A DNA stretch of 64,000 nucleotides from Veleropilina oligotropha (lineage: Eukaryota): NCBI GenBank assembly GCA_048128005.1, contig JBEUKZ010000065.1, forward strand, positions 186,001 to 250,000, read 5' to 3'. Numbering within the stretch: position 1 is the stretch's first letter; every line of letters begins with the position of its first letter. A program made the translations under genes and the position numbers. The notes under the pieces were generated by a model, which was not told the DNA's origin, made no database searches, and was given only the letters and a program-made list of their open reading frames with translations. Of this stretch, positions 39,881 to 53,390 are shown piece by piece.

Positions 39881-40159
39881 TTTCATGAGTATTGTGTCTA
39901 CATTCAATAGTAGATGACACTGTCAATTTGAAATAGACATATTGATATAAAGCATATAACAAGTTGTACAAAGAGCAAAAAGTCCAAAATGGCTATTTAT
40001 ATGCAAAATTTCAATGAAATTGCTTTAAATATTTCTACTTTAATTAGTGTTAGGTGACAATGAAATAGTGATATCTGACAAATAAAGATGCCAAAGTATG
40101 CCTATAATTATAATTAATATTTGTAGATTTATATCACGCTGTATCCATATATATATGTT

Positions 40160-40430
40160 CGCAGACGCTGTCACAATTTATTATCCCTGGTTATCGGAAT
40201 GTTCTGATCATGGATCCATCTCCGCTCTCTTAGAGAGTATTACTAGTCAAGCAGCCACAAACGAGCGCTACGATTAATTAACACGCCAACCAGGTACCCA
40301 CTTAAGTCGGCTGGGTGAACCGAGGCACATATATGCTTAATTCCTTGCCCAAGGGAAGCCGCCGGGATCGGGGAATGAACCCCAAACCTCTCGATGAGAG
40401 GCCAGTGCATCTACCACTGTACCACGGCTG
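40160..40430 (-). mobile_element. tRNA-derived SINE with a CORE-like central domain
   Basis: Minus strand: GGTACAGTGGTAGA (A-box-like), GGTTCATTCCC (B-box-like), and CCTTGGGCAAGG...CGGTTCACCCAGC...GGGTACC. Confidence 0.7.
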
Positions 40431-41108
40431 CATATTCAGCAATGAAACTAGAACCAAGTCCAAAAGCAGCATTTTATGGTAAAATTTGAATTAAATTATC
40501 TTCAATAAACAATGAATATAGAATATAGAAATGGAAAATTTGAATTAAATTATCTTTAATATTATTTATTTATGGCCAGATAACAATGAAATAGTGATAT
40601 CTAACATATACAATAATGCTAAAACATGCATATTGTTGCTTATATAGCATGATTGAGAAACTTGAACCAAAAACTTTAACGAAAATTTCTAAGTCATTTT
40701 ATGGTGAAATTCGAAGGAAATTACTTTCAATATAATTTATTTAGTGTGCGGTAACAATGAAATAGTGATATCCAGCATATAGAAATGTTAAACATGCATA
40801 TTGTTGCTTATATAACATGATTGAGAAATTTTAACCAACTTCAACCAAAAAATTTAACAGGAGAACCAATTGTTGACGCCGGTCGGCCAGACGACATGCT
40901 CTTTACATAGACTCGCATTCGCGTTGCGGAATCTTAACTCACATTTTGCGTACGTTATAAATTCCTCCTACATTGTACACAAAGAACTGCAACATACATG
41001 TATATGCAACACGATATCTAACATTAAACATTTACCACAATAAACGGCTAATAATTTTGCTGGCAATAACAATGTACACCAATATTCATTATATATATAT
41101 ATACACTT

Positions 41109-43348
41109 GGCTGCCAAGTGATGTAGTGGCTAAAAGCGTGGCTCCAAATCCACTTGCCCGACTGCTCCGCTGCACGGGAGTTGGTCTGAATCCTCAGCGC
41201 CATCAAGTCATATTACTCCATAGCTGACTGACTGGTCATATTACTCCATAGCTGACTGACTGGTCATATTACTCCATAGCTGACTGACTGGTCATATTAC
41301 TCCATAGCAGACTGACTGGTCATATTACTCCATAGCTGACTGACTGGTCATATTACTCCATAGCTGACTGACTGGTCATATTACTCCATAGCTGACTGAC
41401 TGGTCATATTACTCCATAGCTGACTGACTGGTCATATTACTCCATAGCTGACTGACTGGTCATATTACTCCATAGCTGACTGACTGGTCATATTACTCCA
41501 TAGCTGACTGACTGGTCATATTACTCCATAGCTGACTGACTGGTCATATTACTCCATAGCTGACTGACTGGTCATAGTACTCCATAGCTGACTGACTGGT
41601 CATAGTACTCCATAGCTGACTGACTGGTCATAGTACTCCATAGCTGACTGACTGGTCATAGTACTCCATAGCTGACTGACTGGTCATAGTACTCCATAGC
41701 TGACTGATTGGTCATAGTACTCCATAGCTGACTGACTGGTCATAGTACTCCATAGCTGACTGACTGGTCATATTACTCCATAGCTGACTGACTGGTCCTA
41801 GTACTCCATAGCTGACTGACTGGTCCTAGTACTCCATAGCTGACTGACTGGTCATAGTACTCCATAGCTGACTGACTGGTCATAGTACTCCATAGCTGAC
41901 TGACTGGTCATAGTACTCCATAGCTGACTGACTGGTCATATTACTCCATAGCTGACTGCATGGTCATATTACTCCATAGCTGACTGCATGGTCATATTAC
42001 TCCATAGCTGACTGCATGGTCATATTACTCCATAGCTGACTGACTGGTCATAGTACTCCATAGCTGACTGACTGGTCATAGTACTCCATAGCTGACTGAC
42101 TGGTCATAGTACTCCATAGCTGACTGATTGGTCATAGTACTCCATAGCTGACTGACTGGTCATAGTACTCCATAGCTGACTGACTGGTCATATTACTCCA
42201 TAGCTGACTGACTGGTCCTAGTACTCCATAGCTGACTGACTGGTCCTAGTACTCCATAGCTGACTGACTGGTCATAGTACTCCATAGCTGACTGACTGGT
42301 CATAGTACTCCATAACTGACTGACTGGTCATAGTACTCCATAGCTGACTGACTGGTCATAGTACTCCATAGCTGACTGACTGGTCATAGTACTCCATAGC
42401 TGACTGACTGGTCATAGTACTCCATAGCTGACTGACTGGTCATAGTACTCCATAGCTGACTGACTGGTCATAGTACTCCATAGCTGACTGACTGATCATA
42501 GTACTCCATAGCTGACTGACTGGTCATAGTACTCCATAGCTGACTGACTGGTCATAGTACTCCATAGCTGACTGACTGATCATAGTACTCCATAGCTGAC
42601 TGACTGGTCATAGCACTCCATAGCTGACTGACTGGTCATAGTACTACATAGCTGACTGACTGGTCATAGTACTCCATAGCTGACTGACTGGTCATAGTAC
42701 TCCATAGCTGACTGACTGGTCATAATACTCCATAGCTGACTGACTGATCATAGTACTCCATAGCTGACTGACTGGTCATAGTACTCCATAGCTGACTGAC
42801 TGGTCATAGTACTCCATAGCTGACTGACTGGTCATAGTACTCCATAGCTGACTGACTGATCATAGTACTCCATAGCTGACTGACTGGTCATAGTACTCCA
42901 TAGTTGACTGACTGGTCATAGTACTCCATAGCTGACTGACTGGTCATAGTACTCCATAGCTGACTGACTGATCATAGTACTCCATAGCTGACTGACTGGT
43001 CATAGTACTCCATAGCTGACTGACTGGTCATAGTACTCCATAGCTGACTGACTGGTCATAGTACTCCATAGCTGACTGACTGGTCATAGTACTCCATAGC
43101 TGACTGCATGGTCATAGTACTCCATAGCTGACTGACTGATCATAGTACTCCATAGCTGACTGACTGATCATAGTACTCCATAGCTGACTGACTGGTCATA
43201 GCACTCCATAGCTGACTGCATGGTCATAGTACTCCATAGCTGACTGACTGGTGGCAGTGGATTTTCCCAGGAAAACAGGCTTTCCTTCAACGATAATATG
43301 GACATGTCCTGGTATGGCACTGAAAGGGCGTTAAATATGATATTAAGC
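41109..43348 (+). mobile_element. SINE whose central region expanded into a 2-kb satellite
   Basis: tRNA-like head at 41109-41205. The 3' part 43251-43348 (TTTCC..CGATAA..GGACATGTCC...ATTAAGC) matches the 4.1 kb SINE family. Confidence 0.7.
41207..43250. repeat. 28-bp minisatellite, 73 units
   Basis: Unit GTCATA(T/G)TACTCCATAGCTGACTGACTG. 2044 bp / 28 = 73. Confidence 0.97.
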
Positions 43349-44029
43349 TTGTTCCAAATCACAAGATCAGGGTTAGTGCTGTGGCATGTAATGACTCAAC
43401 GTCTGCAAACATTTCATGCTCAGGAAAACCGACTTCGCTCACACCCAGAGATTTTCCCACAGCAAACAGTTTTCTGTAACATGCAGCCATATTAAAATGT
43501 TATTTGATACACAAGACCCAACAACATTGAGGAAAGAGTCCAAGGGTAAATAGATCAGTGTCATTATGAAATTAAAATTGACTTATTGGCATGAATGTAA
43601 TGGTTGTGTTATTAAGGTTAAGTAGCTACTTCCAACACTGAACAGATTTGAAGAACTAGGGTCAGGTTCCAGCACATCATACATAATTATGGTTGCTATG
43701 TTCACACTACTGTAACTATTGTATATATAAGTTATGGACAGTAATGTACAAGAGATTTATAACTGCTATATTTGGATTGGATCTAATTGCTTAATGGCAT
43801 GTTGTTAACAACTCTCTTGTTCAACCATTACAAGAGACATGGTCATGTTAACCATTACAAGCGGCATGGTCATGTTTCCGATTGACTGTTAAGTTATCTG
43901 TAGCAAAGAGTGACCTGCCCATGATTCAAACCCACTCCTGTTAGACAGAGCAGTCAAGCAGTCCGTATTCTTATCCACCCAGCTACCAGTGTCTGTGATA
44001 TTTGTAGCTGTAAATTAGTAATATGCATT

Positions 44030-44550
44030 TTTATCACATGACAAACCTGTTATGGAACTGTAGAGGCCGTTCCATAAATCTATATACGAAAAGACACGTG
44101 CCATAAGTATGCAAATGAGGGCGAGCATGACGGCCGAACATCGCATCTGGCGCGAAGTTGATTAGGCGACGCATCACCCTCATTAACATAATGAATAATT
44201 CATATGCGTTGACTCGTCGATTACCGATGTTGAACTATTTTTTATTGGCGTACTGGCGTGGCGCGTGCTTTCGATGCGTGATGCGTCTGAGGCAATGGCA
44301 ATTTATGGCTGAAAGTACTGACAGAAATTAGTTTTAAAACGTAAAGAAATGAGTTTAAAAATGCAATAAAATAAGTTTAAATGTAAATAAAGTCATGTGA
44401 TAAAGAAGATATGAAACTTGTGTCCATTTCATATGAGAATTATGAAACTCGTAGGCAAATTTATGTACCTCGCCAAGGCTCGGTACATAAATTGTGCCTG
44501 ACTCGTTTCATAATTCTCATATGGAATGGACACTCGTTCGATATCCTCTA
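44030..44550. mobile_element. Hairpin-bearing non-autonomous element, Crypton-like
   Basis: IR TTTATCACATGAC (44030-44042) / GTCATGTGATAAA (44392-44404), then a hairpin at 44405-44548. Confidence 0.7.
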
Positions 44551-44687
44551 TATATATAAGTTATAACACTTTAGATTTACAGAACGAAATCTGCCGGTAA
44601 GGACAATTTCAGAAGTCGAAGTCACTGAAAACCATTAAAATCCAAAAGGCGAACAACATAATAATAATGGTATCCTCTCACGATACT

Positions 44688-44972
44688 TAAAATATATCAA
44701 TGGATGGATGATTGATGCATTTAACATTAAAATATATCAATGGATGTATGATTGATGCATTTAACATTAAAATATATCAATGGATGTATGATTGATGCAT
44801 TTAACATTAAAATACATCAATGGATGTATGATTGATGCATTTTAACATTAAAAAATATCAATAGATGCATGATTGATGCATTTTAACATTAAAATATATC
44901 AATGGATGTATGATTGATGCATTTTAACATTAAAATATATCAATGGATGGATGATTGATGCATTTTAACATT
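44688..44972. repeat. 40-41-bp minisatellite, 7 units
   Basis: Unit TAAAATATATCAATGGATGTATGATTGATGCATTTAACAT. Confidence 0.92.
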
Positions 44973-44974
44973 CA

Positions 44975-45412
44975 AGAAACTATTGCCCGTAAATGGGCTC
45001 TTTCTTTTTTAAAAAGAAAACTAACAGCATTACACTTTTTGTTTATAACATAAAAAGTTAGGAATTTTCAACACTCAAATTTTGTCAATAATATGCTACC
45101 GTTTAAATTAATCGCTACTGAATATTTAAAAATAATAAAACGCGGTTCGCGTTTAATTACCTCGCACAGAGTTCATTTCCAATTGACCTAGTTGGAGCAC
45201 AGTTGCGTTGGTTTCTGCTCGTCAAGTAAGATAGCTTTCTACTTGACAATACCATATATTGCCCAGTTACAATAATAATTTCAATAAAAGTCTATCATTT
45301 GATCATATATCGATCATATCATCGCGAAATTTGTATCAATCTGCACGAACCGGGCGATAAAGGGAGTCAGGACAAATCGTGCGAAAGAGCGCATTTACGG
45401 GCAATAGTCTCT
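44975..45412. mobile_element. Kolobok-like MITE
   Basis: TIR AG(A/G)AACTATTGCCCGTAAAT / ATTTACGGGCAATAGTCTCT, flanked by TTCA and TTAA. Confidence 0.7.
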
Positions 45413-46086
45413 TTAAGCAGACTAGATACATGCACAGTAATTTAAAATCCTATTGACCAATCATCTTGTATCATTCTGACATAACATCGAACCTGAGGGA
45501 TGTAATAATTATTACAATGCAACAAGTAATGAAAACCACATGCTAGTATCAGTATTTGGAACAAAAGCAAATGGAGTAATTTACAATCACCGATTTCACA
45601 AAATTATTTTGTCTTATTTTACAAAAGTGTTGCCAGTATTTGGCCAAATTGCTGTTTTTATCAGAATATACTAATTATATGCTAAACAATTTGTGTAACC
45701 TTTGTCGAGAAGCCGTCTGCCTGGCATGTCTGCCCGAGCTGGTAGGATTCATCCTAACCTTTCTAATGACATTTCATGAAAAGATCGTCCTCCAGCTATG
45801 TGCTTATCACAACTCCATCTTCGAGTGGCACAAACAATGGGGTGAAACCAAAACAATCGCCACTTGCCACACACAGACCAACAGGGCAGATTCGATGTAT
45901 TAATATATAGAAGCCCATTTCATTTCTCTCCGTCAAGTTTTCTGTTTGCGATACCTTGTCAATTATTAGGAATAAGGGTGACAGGTAATAATTTTCATTT
46001 GCATCTTCTTTATATAATGATAAAAAGCAAAATCTTAAATAATGATTACGTCTTTTGATAAAACTAGATGTTGTTATTGTCCACAA

Positions 46087-46958
46087 TAACAGGAATGTCT
46101 CCCTTGCTTGAAATTCTATTCTTAGCAACAGGTCATGCGACCTTTAACATCAAATGCAAGTCCAAAGCATACTTTCTTCATATGCAACCTGCCAGCTAAA
46201 TAATAAACGGTAGTAACTGTCTGGATAACAAATCACAATTAAATTTCTGAAAAATTCTATTTTTAGCGACAGTTCATGTGACCTTTGACCGATTGACCTC
46301 AAGCGCAATCCCAAGCATCCTTTCCTCATAGAGGCATCCTTTCCTCATAGAGACAACCTTCCTGCTAAATATGACCAACATTGCTAAATATGAATTATCA
46401 CCAGGAAAGCAAATCTCAATCAAAATTTTATTTTTAGCAACAGGTCATGTGACCTTTAAGCGATTGACCTCAAATGCAATCCCAAGGGTCCTATCCTGAT
46501 AGGCAACCTGCCTGGTAAATATGAACATGTTCAATAAGTATGAACAGTAGTTATCGTCCGGAAAGCAAATCGCAATTGAAAATATAGGTAATTCTATTTA
46601 TAGCCGCAGGTCATGTGACCTTTGGCGCACTGACCTGAAATGCAATCCCAAGCAACCTCTCCTCATAAGCAACCTGTGTACCAAATATAAACAAAATCGC
46701 TGAAAGGGAACGGTAGTTATCGTCCGGAAACCAAATCGGAGCCAAAATTCTATCTTTAGTCACACGTCACATGACCTTTGGCGCACCGACCTGAAAAGCA
46801 ATCCCAAGCGACCTCTCCTCATAAGCCACCTGTGTACTAAATATGAAAAAAATTGCTCAAAAGGAATGGTAGTTATCGTCCGGAAACCAAAGCTTGACAG
46901 AAGGGACGGACGGCACAAAAACAATATGTCTCCCCACAGGGTAGGGGAGACATAATAA
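46087..46958. repeat. HINE-like element with about 172-bp internal units
   Basis: Repeated GGTCATGTGACCTTT units, (GGAC)n and a terminal TATGTCTCCCC...GGGGAGACATA hairpin. Confidence 0.75.
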
Positions 46959-47634
46959 ACAATCAGTCAAATGTAATAATTAATTTATGTAGAGAAATGA
47001 AATGAGCTTCTAAGTCGGATAGACGGCAGCTTATAGAGGCATTTAAAAAAGCAGTCTCACTTCACGACTTCTTTCTTGACAAGACTCTACAAAATGCCAT
47101 CTAATCGATACATAAATGAATTAGGTTGGTGACCGAGACGTCAGACACTAAAGTGAAAATACTGTTACATTTCAATCAACCTGTTCCAATTTGTCGGCAA
47201 TGATTTTACATGTAAATAGGTCATGTCTATAATTATGATCACTTTAGAATGATACTGAAGAGACGTCTGTTTTAATTATAAATGAGGAGAAAATACAATC
47301 TAAATGACAATTAATCCAAACTGTTTTAAATGAAAGCAGTCCCAATTATTATTGGTAAATTGGTAAAATCTTTGAGATGGAACTATAGCAACTGATATAA
47401 ACTTCATTACGACACGCAATGATTATTTCAAAATTTGATGCAAAATTGTGGTATAATACGTAACAGTAATAGTCGCTTATAGTTATAGTTTCTTATAGTG
47501 AATTTATTATAAAAGACCAAATTTCAGAATTCATAAACATTTAAACTGATATAACCATATGATCGAAAATGACACTTTGCTTGCTTACAATATCAGCAAT
47601 AGACTATAAATATGAAGACAACATTTAAACTTAC

Positions 47635-47711
47635 CTCAAAGTGAATTTTAATACAAGACCTCTTCTGCATTTATAAAGTCAGAGTTCGGAGTTCTTCCAT
47701 AGTAAATGTAC
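47635..47711 (-). other. Candidate 77-bp exon
   Basis: Acceptor CATTCTTTGCAG|G and consensus donor GAG|GTAAGT. Stops in all three frames. Confidence 0.6.
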
Positions 47712-47733
47712 CTGCAAAGAATGATCAGGGTTA

Positions 47734-48774
47734 AGGCTAAATCACACAGCGTCGGCCGACGAGTAGTTGATGTCTGTACTCATCGACGAGAAACTGCTCG
47801 TAGGCCCACAAGTTATGGTCGATGGATCAACAAAATGCCATCACACACAGAGCGCACGAACGATCCCCGACTGTATCAGATGGTCACAAATTAATATATT
47901 TTTAATATATAACGATAGATGGCGTAGCAACGCACTACCTAATGCACATGTAAATGCAGTTGCAAAAACACGAAGATGGAGGGTTTGGCCATGGATTCAG
48001 CTACGAGAACAATTAGGAACCTATAATAATCTGATAAAGGAACTTAGACTTCAGGATCTAGATTAATGCGGACATATTCTTAGGATGATCTCACATGCAT
48101 GCGAAAGCCTTCTTGATATGGTTAATTGCTCTGTTTATGCAGAAAACACGTACAAATTAACGCAAGTCGATTTCTGCTGGAGAAAAATTAGCCAGATCAC
48201 ATGCGCTATATAGCAACAGATAATGATAACTTTAGGTACAGTACTTTTGAGATTTCTGCCGATTCACGTCAGTTTTTATCATTAATTAGTTCTGGTGATT
48301 GGAGCAACGCTTTATTGGTTCGAATCTCATAGACCTAAATATGCATTCCAGCAATAACAGTCTTACTCCCAGTGGTCCAAAACTGTTTGAATATTCTTTT
48401 AAGGAGATATCATTCAAACAAGGTGCTGCTTGACAAGTTACCACCAGTTCACATTCTATTAATTTTTTCTGTCCATATATCCGCGCCATTCTCAGAGATC
48501 ACGTTGTCCGACATTATGTCTGAGTTACTATGTGCTAGTCATATTGCTGATGATCCGTCACGTCGGTGGCTATCACACACGGAACTTTTGGAAAGACGCG
48601 ACGAGACGCCAATATTCAACATGCTGAATCTTTCCCCGACAACCAAAGACGCGATCATTCGTCGGCCGACGAGGGTAAAAGTCGTCAGCGGAGAGTACAC
48701 ACAGCAGCAACTAGACGTCTCGTCGGCGTCTTGACCCATCGGGACTCGTCGGCCGACGCTGTGTGAACTAAGCT
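47734..48774 (+). mobile_element. Internally deleted PIF/Harbinger transposon
   Basis: About 30-bp TIR (...TCACACAGCGTCGGCCGACGAG) and TTA TSD. Plus-strand transposase remnant RRWRVWPWI...YNNLIKELR...ISAGEKLA. Minus-strand MADF/Myb-like remnant LIE...PCLNDISLKEYSN. Confidence 0.85.
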
Positions 48775-49115
48775 TTAGGCTTAGTTTATTTAAAGGCTTA
48801 AGCCTTTCCAAAAATATCCGCAGCAAATTTTAATATTGAATGACGAATACCCAGTAAAATTAAAGTGGCAGCATTGCCCCTCAAGAATGTAGGACAATTA
48901 TCTCCAAACACAATTCTCTCCAGTCAATTTGTGGACACAATTTTAGAGGTGATCACATGATCCCTCACCAATCTTGTCTACTTAAGATCCAGAGGATTCA
49001 GATTAACTTAAAATTGTTCAGTATTAATTTATTAATAACTAAATATAAACATGTGAATATGACATTATCATGTATTTCATATTAAAATCTCTTCAGTATT
49101 GCTTATCATATAACA

Positions 49116-49310
49116 TACTGTTAAACCCTATTTGTTAGCGAGCCTTAAAATTACGCGAGTTTCGCGGTCACAAAATTAAATGGTCGCGTATTTTTAGTTG
49201 GACTGCCTAAAAATGTGCATTCCATTAAAATGCGCTAAATTTAAAGGCGTTTCATATTATTTCATTTTTGAAATTTTTATTAAGGCCAACAAAATATAGG
49301 GTTTACAGTA
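49116..49310. mobile_element. Small TA-flanked MITE (Tc1/pogo type)
   Basis: TACTGTTAAACCCTAT...ATAGGGTTTACAGTA. Confidence 0.7.
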
Positions 49311-49440
49311 CTTGTTTTAATTCAAAATGAGCATCTTCTTACTGTAATTAGCACTAGGTAGTTCATATCAATTAATGACCCAAAGCTGGTTGATAGCTGA
49401 AGTTTGTGTACTGAAGTAATTAGATTATACCTTTTCTAAG

Positions 49441-50334
49441 TACAGTGGATTCCACTTAATTGCATAACGCTTAATTGCATATTTCGGATATTGGGATAAA
49501 ATCTGCAGGAACAGAATAGATTACTATTATTATCATATGCAAATAATCGCTTAATTGCATGCATAATTATCGGATTTTCGCTTATTTGCATAAGAAATTT
49601 TCGACTCCATAATTGACATAACAGTAAAATCGTTAAATTATTCAAAATACTTGCGTATTTGCCAGTATGTCTTGCTACGCCATCGTAAAGATGTTTATTC
49701 AACGGTAACATTCGAAGTTTAACCATTTCTGCAACCTCGTGGGTTTCAAAATAATTTTTTGAGAACTATGGTGATTTAATTATTATTTTAATTTATATAT
49801 GAAGAGAATGTTTTATAATTTTTTTTATATCATATAATATACTGAAATAATTAAATATCGCAAGAAATAATTTATTCAATAATTGTCAAGACAAATCAAT
49901 TCGAGATTAAAACATATGCTAAATTTTCAACATGGCGGCCGATAACGCGACACGTGTTCAGCATAAGAGAAACGTTCAGAATATGAATTTCCACACCATA
50001 GTAATCTATGAAATGCGATGATACGCTTTTGAAACATATATAAATTCTACTGAAACAGCCTAGTCACCTTCAGGTCAAAATAACCACAAAATATTGTGTA
50101 TACAATCCGTATTCATGGAAGGAAAAACACATTACGCAAATTCTCCTTTGCAAATAAATTTATTACCAGGACATATATCTATAATAAAGAACCATTTTAA
50201 ATACAAGTAAATATCATTGATGATTTCCGGCGAAATCAATTTCCGAAATTTACCTAACAGTTAAACGCATAATCCGGTTAATTGCATAAATAATCGCGAC
50301 AATCTCGCTATGCAAATAAACGGAATCCACTGTA
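49441..50334. mobile_element. pogo/Tigger-type MITE
   Basis: TA-CAGTGGATTCC...GGAATCCACTG-TA, with repeated subterminal TTAATTGCATA motifs. Confidence 0.85.
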
Positions 50335-52240
50335 ATACAATTATACCTGATGAGCGGAATCCACTGTAATACAATTATACCTGATGAGCGGAATCCACTG
50401 TAATACAATTATACCTGATGAGCGGAATCCACTGTAATACAATTATACCTGATGAGCGGAATCCACTGTAATACAATTATACCTGCAGGGTTTCCGCCAG
50501 AAATAAATTTGAGGGTATGGAGTTGTTATCGACCGGCGGTGCACGGTTCGCGGCCGGGACCTTGAGTTCCTGGCCGCGAAAAAAATTTGGATTTTCTCAC
50601 CGTGATATGGCCTCTCCTGGGTTCTCAGAGGACAAACAGGACCAAACGTCTATATACTCTGCGTTCAAAAAGCGGCGCGGCAATCCTCTTAAGGGGAGAT
50701 CCGGGTCAAAATTCGCAAAATTGCGTTATTTTGTCCAAAATAATGTTTTGTGTTTGTCATATTGTTTACATACTCAACTTGCAATGTACGTACCCGTTTT
50801 CATGAAATTTGTATTAAAAATGACATTAAGATGATATGTGTATACCTAGTTATTGCTCAATTATCCCATTTTCTTTGAAATAGTAAAAAAATCTGTCGAT
50901 AATAGTTGCTTTTATCATCCGCAAAGAGAAAATTTCCCCCTCGCATTCCTTGCAAGTGAGCGGCCATTTTGAAGTAAATTCACTGCTCTTTCTGATAGCA
51001 GTAACCATATTTGGCTATCATGACTATATATGGAGCTATTGACATCGCAATTGACCCTCATTTGTATGCATTTCATCGTTGATTGGTCGAGTGACGTAAT
51101 TATTTCCCGTGTTGCATCATTCGGCTTTCTGAGTGATCGTTCGGGATTCCAAGTATGACTCGGTTTTCCGAAGTGCAATTCGGGGTTCCCGAATGATGCA
51201 ACACGGAAATAATCGACCTCCTGGTACATGTGCACTAGTGCAAAATGGCAGTTTCATAGGAATCTTTACGAGATAGAATGGATGCCAAATTTCGTACTAA
51301 ATATCCTAATGGATACGGCAAACTACTACGAAGGTTGCAATTAGCCAATTCGAGGAAAAGGCGATATTTGGGAGACTTTGAAGTCCGCAACTATACTAGA
51401 TCGACTCAAACGGAGTTGTGTGTCTTGGATTCGCCTACTACGTATATTACTACAAGCGGTAGTAACGATATAGCAACGCAAACGGAACTTTGTTGTCTTG
51501 TAATAAAATCCAAAAAAAATCATGGAATGTATCAGAAATGGTATCCAGGTCAGATTTAAAACTCAAATGCAAAATCAATTTCTGAAAAGTCTGCAAATCA
51601 TATCATGGGAACAGTAATTTGTCACAGTGGTGTTTATTATACCTAGGTCAAGTCAATAATGCTATGCAAAAAATCGAATGTCCTGACTGTCAACAATTTG
51701 GTTTATACTTTGAAAAAATGATGGATGATAGATGTGGATTTTAAGAAAAATTAAAATTGACTTGCCATTTTGAAAAAACATATTCATCGCCGAAAACAAA
51801 TGAGAAGAAAAGTCACAAAGTAAATGATTTGTTTATGTTATTTTTAACCGAGTTACGGCATTTAATGAGGGGGCACGAGGGTTGTCACAAGTTATGGCAA
51901 AGATGGACATAGAAGCAAATGAGTAAATTTTAAAGCAGCACAAACCTATTTTGTCTTTACTAAAATATTATCAAAACCCAATAATTTGAGAGTACGGATC
52001 CGTACCCTCAAATAATTTGAGGGTACGGAATTTTACACATTTTACCCTCTGGAAAAAACCCTGACCTGATGAGCGGAATCCACTGTAATACAATTATACC
52101 TGATGAGCGGATTCCACTGTAATACAATTATACCTGATGAGCGGAATCCACTGTAATACAATTATACCTGATGAGCGGAATCCACTGTAATACAATTATA
52201 CCTGATGAGCGGAATCCACTGTAATACAATTATACCTGAT
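50321..52240. repeat. 34-bp tandem array (about 10 units) made of a MITE end plus flank, split by an insertion at 50486-52063
   Basis: Unit CGGAATCCACTGTAATACAATTATACCTGATGAG on both sides of the insertion. Confidence 0.92.
50486..52063. mobile_element. Non-autonomous hAT-like element with a 5-bp TSD
   Basis: TIR CAGGGTTTCCGCCAGA / TCTGGAAAAAACCCTG. ACCTG duplicated at 50481-50485 and 52064-52068. Confidence 0.85.
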
Positions 52241-53051
52241 GGGACTGAGGCTTATATATTTTTCAATTTAAAGAAATCATACAATCTTGCAGTTGTGACT
52301 ACAGTACCTGTCACAGAACCTGTCATAGTGCTATCTTGCTATAAGCCTCGTCAGCTGTATTATTTGCATACATACGTTAAGTAGTTCATTCTAATCATGT
52401 AAACATTTAGATTATATTATTCAAAGTATCAATCGGAATGTACACAGGTCTAAGAGAAAAAATGACATGTAAACATGTACACGTTTTGGTCACTTGTTAT
52501 AAAATAAATTGTTTCCAATATTAAATTGTAGTTTCATTGATTTAGGGGCGACTAGTCTCGGGCTCTGGAGGGGGGGGGGGGGGGGATTAGTTGAAGGAAT
52601 ATAGACCTAGAAACGAATTGGTTTGGGGGCATTAACCTGTAATCGCATATAATTTAGGGAAATTTATTATTAGCCACAGAATATAATATTCACGAATCTT
52701 TAAAAGAATGAAATATAGACTACTAGTATGTACATTGTTAACAGGAAAGTTCTAAATCAGCGCATTATCCACATACACACAGTCGTCTGATGCTGTATAA
52801 CCGCGTTGTACTCATTGTGTAATGCAGGACAGATAATCCCAGGACTCAAATATGACACCAAGAATGTCGGATGACACCTGTCATAACTGACACAGGGACA
52901 CATCAAAAGTCAATCCTTCCTGTGCACCCATTATGCAGATGAAATGGAGTCAGCCGAGAGATATGCAATAAATGTGGAGTGGAAATAATATCCACAAAAT
53001 ATTGTTGCGTTCCCAGCTAGTCTATATTTTTCACCTTCTCAGTACAAGGAA

Positions 53052-53390
53052 ATCCGTGACCTCAGGAGGGTAATGTAGTGAATCATGTGAATAATCCGTG
53101 ACCTCAGGAGGGTAATTTAGTGAATAATGTGAATAATCCGTGACCTCAGGAGGGTAATTTAGTGAATAATGTGAATAATCCGTGACCTCAGGAGGGTAAT
53201 TTAGTGAATAATGTGAATAATCCGTGACCTTAGGAGGGTAATTTAGTGAATAATCTATGACCTCAGGAGGGTAATTTAGTGAATAATCCGTGACCTCAGG
53301 AGGGTAATTTAGTGAATAATCCGTGACCTCAGGAGGGTAATTTAGTGAATAATCCGTGACCTCAGGAGGGTAATTTAGTGAATAATGTAA
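53052..53390. repeat. 33/42-bp minisatellite, about 9 units
   Basis: Unit AATCCGTGACCTCAGGAGGGTAATTTAGTGAAT(AATGTGAAT). Confidence 0.92.

Noticed and set aside
50321..52240. CTGATGAG in each 34-bp unit as tandem hammerheads
   Set aside because: There is no stem II, GAAA or stem III, and the unit is explained as MITE end plus flank.
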